Part shown: piece by piece, positions 1-13,945 of the stretch
Numbering within the stretch: the stretch's first letter is position 1
How the letters are laid out: every line of letters starts with the position of its first letter
The notes under the pieces: generated by a model
What the model was told of the DNA's origin: nothing
Seen by the model: only the letters and a program-made list of their open reading frames with translations
Database searches by the model: none
Assembly (NCBI GenBank): GCA_025201805.1
Contig: MU619266.1
Location: 186,001 to 250,000 of the forward strand
Direction of reading: 5' to 3'
From: Parasitella parasitica NRRL 2501
Lineage: Eukaryota > Fungi > Mucoromycota
Length of the DNA stretch: 64,000 nucleotides
Made by a program: the position numbers and the translations under genes

Positions 1-500
1 GCTAGCACTTGCGGCGGCAGTGGGAACTTTTCTTCTGAAGGCAGAGGAAAGAATGTGCCGTATAGGGCCATCTCGAGATTGCCGCTGTCTGTGCAAATTG
101 GATCGTGAACAGTGACCAGATAGGTGCCATCAGGAAATGTGCCTTCAACCTGCACCTCGTGCAATGTCTGGAAAACTTCGGGCATAACGTGTCTCCGTCC
201 CAGCATTTGCTTGCCAATGTCCATCAATTGAGCCACAGAGTAGCAGCCGTCTCTCATCAGCTCCAGCAACTGTGATGCAATCAATGCGGTTGCTTCGGTT
301 CTATTCAGCTTGATGCCTCGTGCCAAACGTTTTTGCGCCAGAAAACCAACTTTTTTTTTTTTTTTTTTTTTTACCAAGTAGATGTGTTAAATGCGTTTGT
401 TTTGTTTTGTTTTTTGATAATGTGATTTCTACGAAATCATGTCATGTAAGCTACCTTGGTGCAGTAACAGTTTATCGATTTCTCTTGGTATCAAGCGCAT
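1..500 (-). CDS. ure1: Urease, N-terminal (gamma) part; the gene continues beyond the left edge
   Basis: Exon 1 (500-455) [19 protein letters not shown] intron 454-350, exon 2 [35 protein letters not shown]...[20 protein letters not shown], matching the urease gamma-subunit motifs. This frame is not in the ORF track. Confidence 0.95.
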
Positions 501-630
501 TATATGTCTTTGGGCAAAAGAGAGAGAGAGAGGGAGAAAATAAAATAGAAAAAAAGAATGCAAAAAGACACATTTGGTATTTAAACTTTTCCCTTTTGGC
601 TGCTCTCAAGCACTATTCCATGCGCAGAAA

Positions 631-677
631 GATAAGCTGATAAACCGGGTTATTCCCTTTTCATTAAGATTATCTAT
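631..677. promoter_or_regulatory. Cluster of GATA motifs upstream of urease (candidate nitrogen-regulation sites)
   Basis: GATAAG at 631, TGATAA at 638 and TTATCT near 671, all 130-180 bp upstream of the urease ATG. Confidence 0.35.
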
Positions 678-901
678 TTTGCTGTCTCTTGTGACACTTT
701 TGTATAATTGTCAAATCTATACCAATTAGAGTGAAAGATACGATTTTTTATTCCGTGTGTAGAAAAAAAAAAAGGCTTATTAAAATAGACTTTGTATTAC
801 CAACAATAGGTTTATCTCCTCCCCTCACCGTTCCGTAAGCAACCATGTTTTGAACCTCATCCTTATCTTTTCGTGATTTGTAAATGGCATTGCATCTGAA
901 A

Positions 902-2353
902 TTATTCGTGGTAGAGAGAAGATGCTGAGGAAGACGTTTCCTGCAAGCGATGGATGTCGTTGATATCCTGCAGGATCCATTTTTGCACACTCAGCATTGC
1001 TGAATGAGATTGATCAAAGTCAAATGCTTGAAAATCGTGCACCATGTCCTAAACGTGGGTGGGAAAAAAGTTCAGGCAAATTTCTATCAGTACTTTTGTG
1101 CCTGGATAAACTACCTCGTATTCTTCATGCTTGAATACCGTTACATGACAGTCTTCAAATTTAGTCGCAAACGAGCGAACTTCATCTTTCATTGTTTCGC
1201 ACCCACCCGACTGAATCAAAATGGGGGGTAAATGGTCAAAATGGCTGACATACAGCGGCGATGCGTATGGGTGTCGATTCAAGCCAAAATATGTATCAGT
1301 GCCCAGGTAAAATCTTGCTGGATTCATAATAGTGCTCATATTTGGACGACATGGTAAGTAGTCAAAAATCTCTGATTCTACCCAACTTGGATGGCCATAG
1401 GTCAGATCCACCCAAGGCTACACATAAAAAAAACACAAGGTTAGTCGTCTCGTACATTTGAACAGATATACGCCTATGTGCATACTGAAAAGAGAACACA
1501 TGTTTCTGGGAGTGGATACTGGTGATCTCGAAGGTAGATCAAGAGCGACATGGCTAATCCCCCACCTGCGCTATCGCCTACCACTGTAATGTTATGTGGT
1601 TTAATCCCGTAGTCATAAATCAAGTGGAAGTATGCTTGAACCGCATCATACAGAGCCCCCGGAAATTTAGTTTCTGGTGCTAACCTATAGCTTATGGCTT
1701 TATTCTGATTAGATCTAAACTTGTTTTTATATAGCTTTCTACTTACAAAATACTCCTCGATTCACGTATTTGGTAAGTTTTTCGGTAAATGCAAGATAGC
1801 AGAACCAATCTTTGAAGCAGTAACCACCACCGTGAAGGTAAAGGACAACTTTTTCTTGAGTAACTTTCTGCTGTGCCTGTTGCTTCTCAGTTGGAGGCAG
1901 ATTCCATTGTGCATCGATAGTACGAGTGCCATCTTCAGATAAATCGCACTCCTCCAGAATCCCTGGCAAGTTCAGTTTGGAAACTAGAAATGGACAGGCA
2001 ATATATTTTGATTCATCGTGGTGGAGCAGTTTTGGCAAGTTCATTAGTCTTCTCCAAAATGCAAGACTTGCACATCGAAAGCTGGATCGCAGAGCATGCA
2101 AAAAGGCCACGGTAAATGCTGTTAAAACATCCCATGTAGGTCTCTTGGGTTGCTTGACCAAGTGTTTATAAATGTCCATATAAAAAACCCCTACGCTGAT
2201 GGGCACATAATACAAAATTTGCCATAAATCCCACCACATACTAGGGTAATTGGTGCCATCCATGTCGTCTTTATCAGGCGGCTGAGAGTATTTTTTACTG
2301 GGCAAGCAACAGCCTTCCACAGTACATCTTTTTCCTCTTCGTATTCTAGCCAT
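902..2353 (-). CDS. Alpha/beta hydrolase, hormone-sensitive lipase/esterase family (multi-exon)
   Basis: LYLHGGGY oxyanion motif, VVGDSAGGGL nucleophile elbow (~1560-1585), SPL...LPPILIQSGGCE, and last exon DMVHDFQAF ending in TAA at 902. Confidence 0.9.
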
Positions 2354-4938
2354 TTTTTTTTTACACAGAATATTTAACAGAATAAGAAGCATATTGTTTG
2401 AACAGGGCAAATAAATATAGATGATCCCAGTTTGCTTATGATACCACCTCTGATTCCTATTGATTAACCGAGTCATATCCCGATTACTTTTCTGATCCTA
2501 TACAATACGAAAACATGTCTGATAGTTCCCGGACAATTACCCGATCCTTGCTGGTCTTGCCGAACGATAAACGCTGTCAAATTTTCAAGTTGCTATACTG
2601 AACGAAATCTCGGCTGATGTGTCCCTCATATCTTTTTTTTTTTTTTTTTTTTTTTGTCCTCTTCATATCATAGCAACAGTTCCTGATTTTTTTTTTAAAA
2701 ATCCGCAGATCAGGATATTGCAGATTTGTTGTTATGTTGTTGAGCTAAATTTTGTTTATTTGATTGCTAAGAAGTATCTGGAAAAACGGAGATTTGAACC
2801 TTATTTTCTTTCTGTGTTCCTGAACCGATATTTTATATATCACTCGCAATAAAATAATTGCTTCAAGACAGTTGAAGCAAATAAGCAATTTGAAGGCTCC
2901 TCTCCCCTCGCATTGGATACGGCAACTCCCCACAAAATATGTAAGGAACTCCTCGCCTTGTCCCAGTATTCTCCTTCAAGTCGATGTGTGTAATTTATAA
3001 TTTTAGATTTGTATTACCATCATGTTTTTTTTTATTATTATTATTTTGACGATAATAGAGAAGAAGAAAAAATATGTGTGTAATTAATAAAAAGTCAATA
3101 TACGCATTTTACGAGGAGATGTATTTACGTAATTCTTAAACAAGTTAGCATATTCAAGTTGTGCGTCTCCAAACAAATTCTATATAATTAAAAAACCTTG
3201 GAGAACAAGATACTGTACCTTTAAGGAGACGATTATATTGTTGCTTCTATGTATAGTTATGCTAGATATATATGCTCTCCAAAGCTTTACATGTAAGTTT
3301 TACATTCATACATACAGAGTGCATGCTTTTGTATAGTCAAAAAATATCTTTTTTCGCATTAAGAATATTCTAGTCTCGTAAACATTGATATACAGCCGAT
3401 CACTTATCTAATGGCTTAACATCTAAAAAGAAGTAAGAAGGGTGTACTTTTAATCACCAAGGTCCATGTTATGGGATTTCACTGTTATTGTGTAACTCGG
3501 AGGTAGGAGGCTTGAACTTTAATCATTTTCGATTTAGTGCTGTACAACCTTTTGTCAAGTCTAGTACTGTTAGTGTGAAAATGCTTAAAAAGTGTACTCG
3601 ATCGCACATTTGATTGGTATCCAGTAGACTTGGACTATCGCTAGGGGGAAGAAAACGAGTACGAAAGAGAGCGACAGAGAGAAGACGAGAAAGCGAGGAG
3701 ATTCAGGGAGATGGAAAGGGAAGGCGAGTTGCCTAAATAAGAGATTGTAAGCAAGAATGTGCGATAAACCACGGACACTTGTCAATTTCAATCTGAATAA
3801 ACTGTTACATATGTCTAGATGCTGTTGATCCATAATCGACACGACCTTTTTTTTCTATTTTTTTTTTTTAATTTTAACACGCTCTTGCAATGGCTCTAAA
3901 TCTGTATCATTCTTAAGTGTGTGTATGTGTGTTTACAGGCACAAATCTTTAGTTTGCAGCATTGTCATGACGTTTTGTCAATAACATAACAACAAGAATA
4001 ACAGCAGCAAGAAAAAGGGAGGCGGCGTTGTCTGTACATGTACGATATAAATATACATTTCAATGTCGCGTACTTACGATAACATATCAAAGAAAATACG
4101 TAATTATGTATCATTTCGTACATGGACCAAGCTATCGTAATAGGGGATAGATTGTGTGTTATCGTAGCTATACCCTCAGTCTGTATTACTGTTTTTGTCG
4201 TTATACATATCGAATAAAAAGAAGACAGGAACTTTTACACAAAAGGGGAACACACAACTACCACTATGAGTTAGTCACTATAAGATTTTCTCCCTTGACG
4301 AATGCCAATGCCTCCCTTTCTCTTTCTTTCTTTCTCGCTCGGCATCTCTCTTTGACACACTGTCTAGCCCGTCGTTCATCTCTCTATTATTAACGTTCGA
4401 CAAGGCTTAACCACTAATAGAAATTGTCAATATTTTCCTGTCATGACAATGATCTCTACTCCTGAATGTTGGAAAAACTTGATCGTTGTTTACTATATAT
4501 GACATTGCCACACTTTGTTTCTTTACAATGGAAACAAACTGTAAATCGCCCCCCCCCTTCCTCTCCCCTCAATTGTCTTTGCGTTTCTTTGATGTACATG
4601 ATACATGTAACTAAAAATATTTTATTGCGTAAAAAGAACGTTTTGACGATAATTTAAATTAAAAAAAAATACACTCATCTTTGTTGTTTAACGTGTAACA
4701 AGCACAAATTTGAATTGACTACAGCCAACTTTGGTAAAATCTAGTAGGAATTGGTGCAACATGAAATATATATATACCATGGCGAAACCAAGCATAACAA
4801 AACAAAGGCAAATCATCCCTAGCTGTTGGGAACCTAATTGAAGCTTTTTGTATATAAAAAGACTGGATAAATCTTTGCTTCTTTTCTTCCTTTTTTTTTT
4901 TTTCTCTACTTTTTTTTTTCCCTTCTTTTATTCACCCC

Positions 4939-7635
4939 ATGTTGCACATTCATTCTTTTGATCAGCATTTCTACTCATCGATTCAAAACACTGATATTGC
5001 TGAAATTGACGAAATACAATCTTCTTCCTCATCCTTATTTTCACTAAAAGATACGAGGTACATACATATATTTACTGCTATTTTTTCTTTTTTACATGCA
5101 CAAAAAAAAACCTGTTTGCATGTAAATTTACGTTACTTGCATGTACCACTACTATAATATTGACTGTATAAATATAAAGTGTATATGACTCTAATCGCCT
5201 TTTTTTTTTTGTTTTCTCTCTTTCTCTATCTAGCCCTATTCAATACCATCATCATTCATCGCAGGGATCGCCACTCGATCATTTCCTTATGAACGACGAT
5301 TCGGGACAACCGTTATATCAACAACATAACATTGACTTGACATATCCATCATCTTCTGATTGGTCTATAAGTAACAAGTCTTCTCCTCATCCTCCTCAAC
5401 ATTGCGTTGGGGTTCATGAGGACATCTATGCTCAACCATCTACAGCAATCCAGCCACCACAACCGCAAACAACTCCATTCGTTTCATTTGATAACAGCAT
5501 GAGTAATTTTTCAGGAATGGCTGTGCCTTCTCCTGATAATTTATACCAGCAATTCAGCAATTGGTCTACTACCAATAACAATCAATTTAATCTCCAGGAT
5601 GTTAAAGAAAATGACAGGATCAGTCATGCAATGACTTCGCCAGACTTTCTATTGCACAACAGCAAAAAGTCATCGACGCCATCCTCGTCCTCCGTTATAC
5701 CTAGCAACAGTCAATCGAACTACTTGAATTTATTCCCGTCAACAACAGACATTTACCAGCGACCAAACAGCGTTCAATTCACTAGTGGCCCAGATGCCAA
5801 TAAGTTTCATCCTCGTTTTAAAAGCGCAAATGCTCGGCTTGACCCTTATTCAGAGCCTCACAACCAAGTATACCAGCCGCAACAGCAACTCATACCTCAA
5901 CCATTGGTTTCAAACAACGTAATAGATCAAGGGCTGTTTATCGATGAATCAGCATCGTCACCAACAGATCTGCAAACATTCAATCAAGATAAGAAAGATA
6001 CCACAAGCAATAGTAAGAATATGTAAGTAGCATGTTCAGGAGGCCTTTTTCTTTTTTCTTTTTTTCTTTTTCTTTTTCTTTTGTTTGTTATCTGTGTCTA
6101 TTAGGGAGAGATAGACTATTTTGTTGAGTTTTACAAAAGGGGAACAATTTTATATTTTATACAACTGTCAATTATCTTTACATTCCTTCTAACTACTTTC
6201 TCCTTGAAAACCTCTGCAGGTCATTTCAGTTCAATGCTGTACTTCATGGTAAGCGATATATATATATGTATATTTATATATGCCAATCAGGAATCTAATT
6301 TGCTGCAATATGTAGCTCCCACTGCTATATCTAAAAAACAGGACGACCAGCCAGTGACCTATCTCAACAGAGGCCAAGCCTATTTACTTGATCTCGAATC
6401 AAACACGACAGACAGCACCCTAACTAGTACTGTATCAATTGCATTCCATGAGCCAAGTCATCGTCAGATCGCTGAAAATTATTGGAAATATTGGATTAGT
6501 CAACAAGAAAATCCCAATGAAGCAAGAGCCATCGGATTAGATGTAAATCAAACAACAGGTGTCTACAACATCCGTCTGGTATCATTTGATCGCATATCAT
6601 TTGACTGGCAAGGTCGCTTTGGAGCCAAAGTTTATATTCGTTTTAATTGCTTATCTACGGATTTTTCGCGAATTAAAGGCGTAAAGGGCATCCCTATGCG
6701 TGCTATTGTTGAAACTACTGGTCTTCACTATGCCTCCTTGCCCACCAACTCGTTATCTTTTAAGGGCACATTTGAAAGGACTGTCGCAAATAATATTGAA
6801 GGCTATGATTACAAGGAGGTCTGCTACTGCAAAATTAAGCTTTTTCGCGATAAAGGGGCAGAACGAAAGAATAAAGACGATAAGAAGCAAATGGCCAAGC
6901 AGATGGAAAAAGTCATTGGTAGTGTACATTTAATAAAATACTTTGATGAAATACGTAAACTAACATTTTGCATCTATATTCATACATTTAGCTTCTACCA
7001 ACGGCAATCCAGATCAGCATCCATTATGGCCAATTATCAGTCAAACCCACCAACCTACAAGTGGTCTCCTTGAAATTCCAAGCTCCCCGGATATTACCAT
7101 TGACGAACTAAGCGACCTCGGTGATCTCCTTGCTGTCGACAATAAGTTGAATCTTCCCCTACCTGTTGCACAAGTGGATAAGCCCATTACTGCCGACGCC
7201 ACTACTATGCCAAAAATTACCAGTGCATTTCTACCAAAGCGGAAAAGATCTGCATCTGATCAACCCAGCAAACAGCAAGCATTGTCCGTCGTGAAAAAGC
7301 AACGCAAAGTCAGTACAGCTGCACCATTTCCATCGGTTTTAAGCTTTTACGTTTGGACGCAAAACTTTTCTAGCACACCTCGCGAAGTATTTTTGGACTC
7401 GTTCACCACGCGCAATCTCAAGCTAAAGCTGGCAGCTGTATTAGCGGTTCATCCATCTAGAATTTCCGAGATTTTGTGGCGAAAGAAACGCACTAACGAG
7501 CAAGAAAAAATGAGCGACGTTTTAGTGCTGGTTGAGGATACGTTTATCTCTGAGCACATCCTTGATGGCGAAATGATGACTGTAGATTGGGAAATGAAAG
7601 TAGACGGCAATCTTCGACTTATCCTTGAATTCTAA
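4939..7635 (+). CDS. CP2/LSF/Grainyhead-family transcription factor (multi-exon, includes a 29-nt exon at 6220-6248)
   Basis: FNAVLHAPTA...PVTYLNRGQAY, FNCLSTDFSRIKGVKGIPMR and CKIKLFRDKGAERK CP2 motifs; S/P/Q-rich N-terminus. The start codon is less certain. Confidence 0.9.
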
Positions 7636-8511
7636 ATAAGCTAAACACAATATCATGGATGGCACACGTGTGAATCCTTTTCTTTTTCTCTTTTTTTTTC
7701 CTTCTTATGTTCCTTTTAAATATTACATATATACATACAGTCTCTTTCTAGCTATTCTTCCTCTTTTCCTTATATGTATATATACACACACACACACACA
7801 CAAACACACCATTATGCCCCTCCTTTTTGATATTCTTCTTTTTATATATGAACTCTCCTTTTCCTCTTTGTCTTTTTTGTCTTTGAAGATATCTATATAT
7901 AATAAATGTATACAAATCTACATACGAAACAAGAAAACCTTGGAATTGCATCCCGTGAGTGATTGTAGTCAAGGTGTGTGGGGATTTATCATGTACTACA
8001 CATTTGAATTACCTCCTTTTCCCAGAAGCAAAGGCAGTAGAGATGACATTGCTATACTAAAGCACCATTCTAACCGATTTCAATCTATATGCCAATGGTG
8101 ATAAAGGGTAATTACATCTCTATCCAATTTTTTTTTTACTCTGTCTTGCCTTAAACGGTGCAATTAAATACAAGAGTTACATTGACATTGCATGAATCGT
8201 CTTTACGCTCTAAACTGGTGGGGTTCAGGTCATGCAAAAAAAAAAAAAAAAAAAAAAAAGAGATGCTTCTGTATTCCTTAGACCAACTGCTTGAACAGGG
8301 ATTTACACAAGCTAGGACCACGTGAACTTGTCGACAGCTTTGAGTTACATGTGAAAGAACCTTGGTGAGTATGTGGGGATTTATGCCGTTGATATCTGTA
8401 GCATGAGTAGTACCAAAATGTGTATATAAAAAGCACTGTTAGCACGATTTCTGTTCCTTTGTAGTTTTTGTTTTTTCTTTTATTATTATTATTATTAATT
8501 AAGAATACGCA

Positions 8512-10229
8512 ATGGCCTTTACAGCTAAATACATTGGTACTGGAGCACTTGCTACAATCTCATTATTAGCGTGCATTTACAATGACAGAGCCGTATTTGA
8601 TGAGACAAGAAAAGACATCAAAACACAGCCTGGATGGCCCCTTGTTGGCAACCTGCCTATTTTAATGGAATATCTCATGCGTATTCATGATTTCTTGCTA
8701 GAGGGATTCACTCGACTTGATGATTTGACATTGTAAGTTATACAGCGCAGCAGCATTGAATGCACACGTTTATATCTATATAACAATAGAACTATGTCTG
8801 CTCTGGGCATCCCAAGACACATTGGTACTATTGATCCTCGAAATGTCGAACACATCTTGAAAAGCAAGTAAATGTAAAATCAGACATGCACAGCAGTTTA
8901 CTAATCTGACTAAAATAGCTAATTTTGAAAACTACATCAAGGGTCCTGAATTCCATAGTGGCATGCTAGACTTGTTTGGCGGCGGCATCTTTAATGCAAA
9001 CGGCGAAGAGTGGAAGTATCAGCGTAAAACTGCAAGTGCTATCTTTAATGTCAAGAATTTCAGAGACCAATTCACCGAGTAATGTGGCCTGTGTGTGTGT
9101 GTGTGTGTGTCGCAATTTATATACGTATCTTTCTAATTTTAGTCAATCCCCATGTAGTGTGTTCATCAAGGAACTCGGTATCATGCAAGAAAAGATATTT
9201 GACGTTGCATGTCAAGAACAGCAAGTTGTTGATTTCCACGACGTCATGTTCAAATTCACATTGGATTCCTTCATCGAGTTAGGCTTTGGTGTTGAATTGA
9301 ATGCTCTGTCCACCAAGGGTAAAGTCCCTTTTGCAGCGGCTTTCGATGAAGCGCAAAAGAACACATTTCTTCGCTTTGTCAATCCCATTTGGCCCGCAAC
9401 CGAGCGCATCCTTAGTTTCTTGATGCCCTGGAAATCAAGCATGAATGAGCACCTTGAAGTTGTCGATAGTTTTGCTCGCAAAGTTACCGAAAAACGCCGA
9501 GTCCAAATTGAAGCTGGTGAAGTGCACAAAGATTTGTTGTCCAGATTCATGGATGCCCGTAACCACAATGGAAACCTGCTCAATAACGATGAATTGCGGG
9601 ACATTGTATTAAACTTTGTCATTGCAGGCAGAGATACTACAGCTCAAGCGCTTTCATGGACGTTCTACATGCTCATGTGCCATCCTCGTGTAGAAAAGAA
9701 GCTCTTGGAGGAAATTAACCAGTACGTCTCTGATGACGATATCAATGATTCAGCTTCGTTGTACGAAAAGATCAAGAATATGACTTATGCGCATGCTGTC
9801 TTTTACGAAGTACTTCGCCATTATCCTTCTGTTCCTCTCAACCAAAAGTATGCCTTGAATGACGATGTCTGGCCCGACGGAACTCATATCAGAAAGGGAG
9901 ACTACATTCTTTGGTGTCCCTATGTCCAAGGTCGATCTGAAAAAGTATGGGGTCCTGACGCTAAACAGTTTAGGCCTGAACGTTGGATCACGCCTGAGGG
10001 AGAGCTCAAGCGTGAATCACAAGGTCAATGGCCTGCTTTCCATGCTGGTCCTCGCGTTTGTTTAGGTCAACATTTAGCTACTTTGGAAGCTTTAATTGCC
10101 ATTATTTTCCTAGTTAAAAGCTACAAGTTTGCTCTGATGCCAGGTCAGGAAATTACTTACCAGGTTTCACTCACTTTACCAATGCGATATGGTATGAAAG
10201 TAATGGTTGAAAGACGCAACAAACACTAA
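8512..10229 (+). CDS. Cytochrome P450 (CYP86/CYP704/CYP52-like, fatty-acid hydroxylase type)
   Basis: N-terminal anchor, PGWPLVG, I-helix AGRDTT, EVLR (ExxR), PERW and heme motif FHAGPRVCLG; three introns, one of them GC-AG. Confidence 0.96.
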
Positions 10230-12913
10230 AAAGATACTGTAAAATGTCTCTTTTTGGAAATTAACCGTTAGTCATACTTTATTATTATTTTTATCATTAT
10301 TATCAATAAACATATTTATATCCTAACGCTCTCAAAGTTGTTATAAACATTTGGCAGGATTGATTTCGTTTGCTTTCGTGTTGTTATCACAGCTTTGTTT
10401 TTTTTTTTGGGGGGGGGTGATGTTTCTTATGGGCATTTCATCTTTTGGACATGAATACGGATTTTTTCAAAAGGCGGCTTACCTTAATATTTGATTACCT
10501 TTGACAGAATATTTGATTCACCTTAAGGCTACCATGTACTGCATCATTTTCAGGCTGCTACCCCTGTAACTAAAAGTATGTGTACTGTAAGCATAGAACA
10601 AGACACAAACAACAGACGCTTTATTTCCGTTCAAAGGCAGCTGCTTCGCAGCTCGCAACAGATAATGGCAGGAGAATATTTAAAAAGCACTGAGAGTTAT
10701 GTGAACAACGATTATTTCCAAAGACAATCAAGTAAAGAGATTACAAGGGATCATATCACGGAGAACGTAGGGTCTTTATTAAAGACTGAAAAGGAAACCA
10801 GGATTGCTCTGGTCCTGATTTCTAAAAGTCTTTATGCAATTCCATGCCAGTGTTAATATTGGAATTGAGATGAGATTCAACCTCCAGTTAATAGGCAAAA
10901 CCCGACAAGCACGACGAAGAAGCTTCACTCAAAGCCAAGGTTGCCAGTCGTATTTTGACGACGTTAGGAACCATGAATCGCAAAATTGCATTAAGAAAAA
11001 AGTTGGATCGGATATTTGAAGAAGGGTGTAGTTATGAAGAGGTAATGTTCAACCAAAAGAAAGACGATTGCTGTGGCATTATATTTATTTAAATTGTTTT
11101 AGGATGATATCATTACTAATACTGATAATACATCTATGAATGATAACAAAGCAGCTAAATACTCTGAAAAGGTACTTCAGTCAATTGCATGTTTTTAATG
11201 TTTTATAAATTTCAAGCACCCTCAAACCATATACGGTAGTTGCATCTCATAAACCTCTTTCAGTTCTGAAAACCTATTTTGTTATATGCGTCAGTAACAC
11301 CACCAAAAAAGCTTCAGAAGCAACATACCTTGAATACCAAAACTATATGACGGATCAAAAACAGTACAGTTCTCTAAAAAGAATGCCTGGAGTGTATGAG
11401 TCAATCAGTAGATTTGTATGGTTTTTATTCCAACTAAAAATAAAAATGCCTAAAGATTATTATTGAGACCTTTTTATATAGCATTTTAGCTATGGATCCA
11501 TATTGAAGACACATCTAGTTACTTGGGAGGGTTCATGGTTTGCTCTTCCATTGTAGAACAATGAATGTCGTGCAGTAGTTGTGTTTCAAGCAACTATTTC
11601 AAAATTAGCACAGCATATTTTGGGTGAGCTGAAGTGTCGTTCAGTTTATATTCCAAAGTAAGTCGAGGTGCCATTAAGCTTATTTCCTAGTGATTCAAGG
11701 TGTCGTTCAGTCTATATTTCAATGTTAAATGCTTGTTGTTTATGCATTGAATCATGTAATTTACAAAGCTATATAAAAGTCTATTACTCTAACAATTTGC
11801 ACAATTAATACACTTATATTTAGCTGAACATTGGTACATACATATAGGCACCTAATAGAATAATTATGATCTGTCAAATGAAATGATCAACATTTATCGA
11901 GGTGTTTGCATTGCTTCATCAATGTAAAAGCAGACACCATTTTTTATTATTTAGAGTTTAAAGAAATTAAGCAATAGTTGATTGGATTAAAATAATATAA
12001 TTTAACACAATGTGCCATTGCTCGAGTATCTACTTACATTGGTTCAAAGCATGAATCGTCGTTAAGCAGTTTGAAGGATGTCTATTGACCATTATAAGGG
12101 TGTTCCCTCTTATTGGAACCCCGTGGAAAGCGTTTAACAAAGGTATTGGATAAAAATATTCGTTTTTCTTTGCTCTTTATCCTGTATAGTTGGCTTGATC
12201 AAAATGAGTTTTGCAGACATCTTAGAATGTACAATTGTAAGTTGTTAATATGCACGTTTAAATACAGTAGTAATTGATTTATTTTCAGGACTTTGAGGGA
12301 CAAAAGTTGGCCGAACAGTTAACACATTATTTATTGATATTGTCAGGTGTAAGTTTAGGAATATAACATACCAAAGGGATAGCAATAATAAGACGCCAAC
12401 ACACACAACCACACACTATGTAGATTGCTAGTTTTATTGTAGGGTATTCTATGCAATCTATGCAAATGCTGCTTATTGTGTTTTCTGCCGGTTTAGCATT
12501 AACTGCTTTGGTTAGTTGATTTGCAATGTAATTTGCTGAACGCGCGCGTATTAATTTTTATATTGCATACATTCATAAAGGCTGTTATTCCCCCTTGGCC
12601 AATGTATAATAAACATCCTCAGTCATTCATAGCAGAAGAAGATGTCAATGAAAAGAAAGAATGAACAAGAATTTACAACAATATCAAAAAGGCAACAACA
12701 GCAAATCGTATTCTTGGCTGAAGGATCCCCTTTCACATTTCTCCTTTTGGGCCTTTTTCCTCCCCTACTATATCCATACACATACACACACACACACACA
12801 CTTTCTCTCTCTCTCGCTTGTTCTTAAGACCCCCTTAATTTGGCACAAAAAAGCAGCATACGTTTGTATAAAATGCAAATTATTTTTATATTAATAAAGG
12901 ATATAAAGAATGT

Positions 12914-13654
12914 CTAGGAAACAACAACGGCACCTGGGGGCGCTGGCAATTCATGATAGCTTGGAGGATTATGTATAGTTTCTGCATTAAGAGCAGTTTG
13001 ATATGATGGCAATTGTTCGCCCATAAACACCATTTCAGGATCCAACTCCGTAATATGAATCAATAGACAGAAGCGAACTGACGTGCAGGGCGCTTCATCA
13101 ATGGGCACTCTTTGCAATGACCACTTGATATTTTGATCTGTTGCTGTGTATTCATACAAGGTTTTTTTCAGAGCAGATTCAAACTGTATGCGGTAATATA
13201 CGAATAAATATCTGGCGTGTCTTGTTTGAAGTATGAAATTTACCTCTTTGATTTTGATGATGAGCGTAGACCTCCTCTTGCTTGTCCAAAAGCTTAATGC
13301 TGTTGGTATCACTAATAACAAAAGAGGAAACCACATGGATATATTCAATGACCTCGCGATGAATGTGAAAATAGCAGAACAGACAACACACAAGACTGCA
13401 ATTGTAAAGACATAGAAATCAACATGATGCGATGGACATTGATTTTGAACTAGACAATCTAGTTGCTCAATCCGAGCTTCAATCAACGTCTGCGGTATCT
13501 GCGTGTACGTTAGCTGAATCAGGCTCTTGGCTTTCATACATCATTGACTATACCATACAAATGAAGATAGTCTTGCAGTGACATTTGGTTCATCCAGAAT
13601 GAGCAGTTTTGGTGGCTTCCATCGTAAGCTTACAATGTAAAAGCATGCTATCAT
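12914..13654 (-). CDS. Two-TM membrane protein with C-terminal PY-like motifs, function unknown
   Basis: Spliced ORF with two hydrophobic helices and LPSY/PPSY motifs near the C-terminus. Confidence 0.65.
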
Positions 13655-13874
13655 TATGGCTTTTATTTGATAAAAAAAAAAGAGAAAAAGAACAAAGAAG
13701 GGATAAACATGTTTGTACGGTTTATTATCCTCATTTTTTAAGGGGATCAACAATCCTTTCTACACTATAATCTTCATCACACAGAATTACTGTTACACGC
13801 TCTAACCCAAGGCTTGCTACACAACTCTAAATTTGATGTGTTTAAAATACGCCCCCCCCCTTTTGTTTCTCTCG

Positions 13875-13875
<1 letters not shown>

Positions 13876-13934
<59 letters not shown>
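13876..13934 (+). repeat. Poly(T) homopolymer (~59 nt)
   Basis: Uninterrupted T run ending 11 bp before the sulfotransferase-like ATG. Confidence 0.9.
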
Positions 13935-13945
13935 CCCTCTATAAC

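Noticed and set aside
2-217. 71-aa minus-strand ORF from the track
   Set aside because: Wrong frame; the real coding frame is urease.
7655-8101. 148-aa ORF downstream of the CP2 gene
   Set aside because: Low-complexity T-rich and (CA)n 3' UTR sequence.
10578-11200. Short ORFs with some splice-like signals
   Set aside because: I could not assemble a coherent gene or recognise a family; possibly a decayed fragment.
11635-11727. Imperfect ~25-bp direct repeat (gtgtcgttcagtYtatattYc)
   Set aside because: Two copies only, with no structure or context; likely a local duplication.
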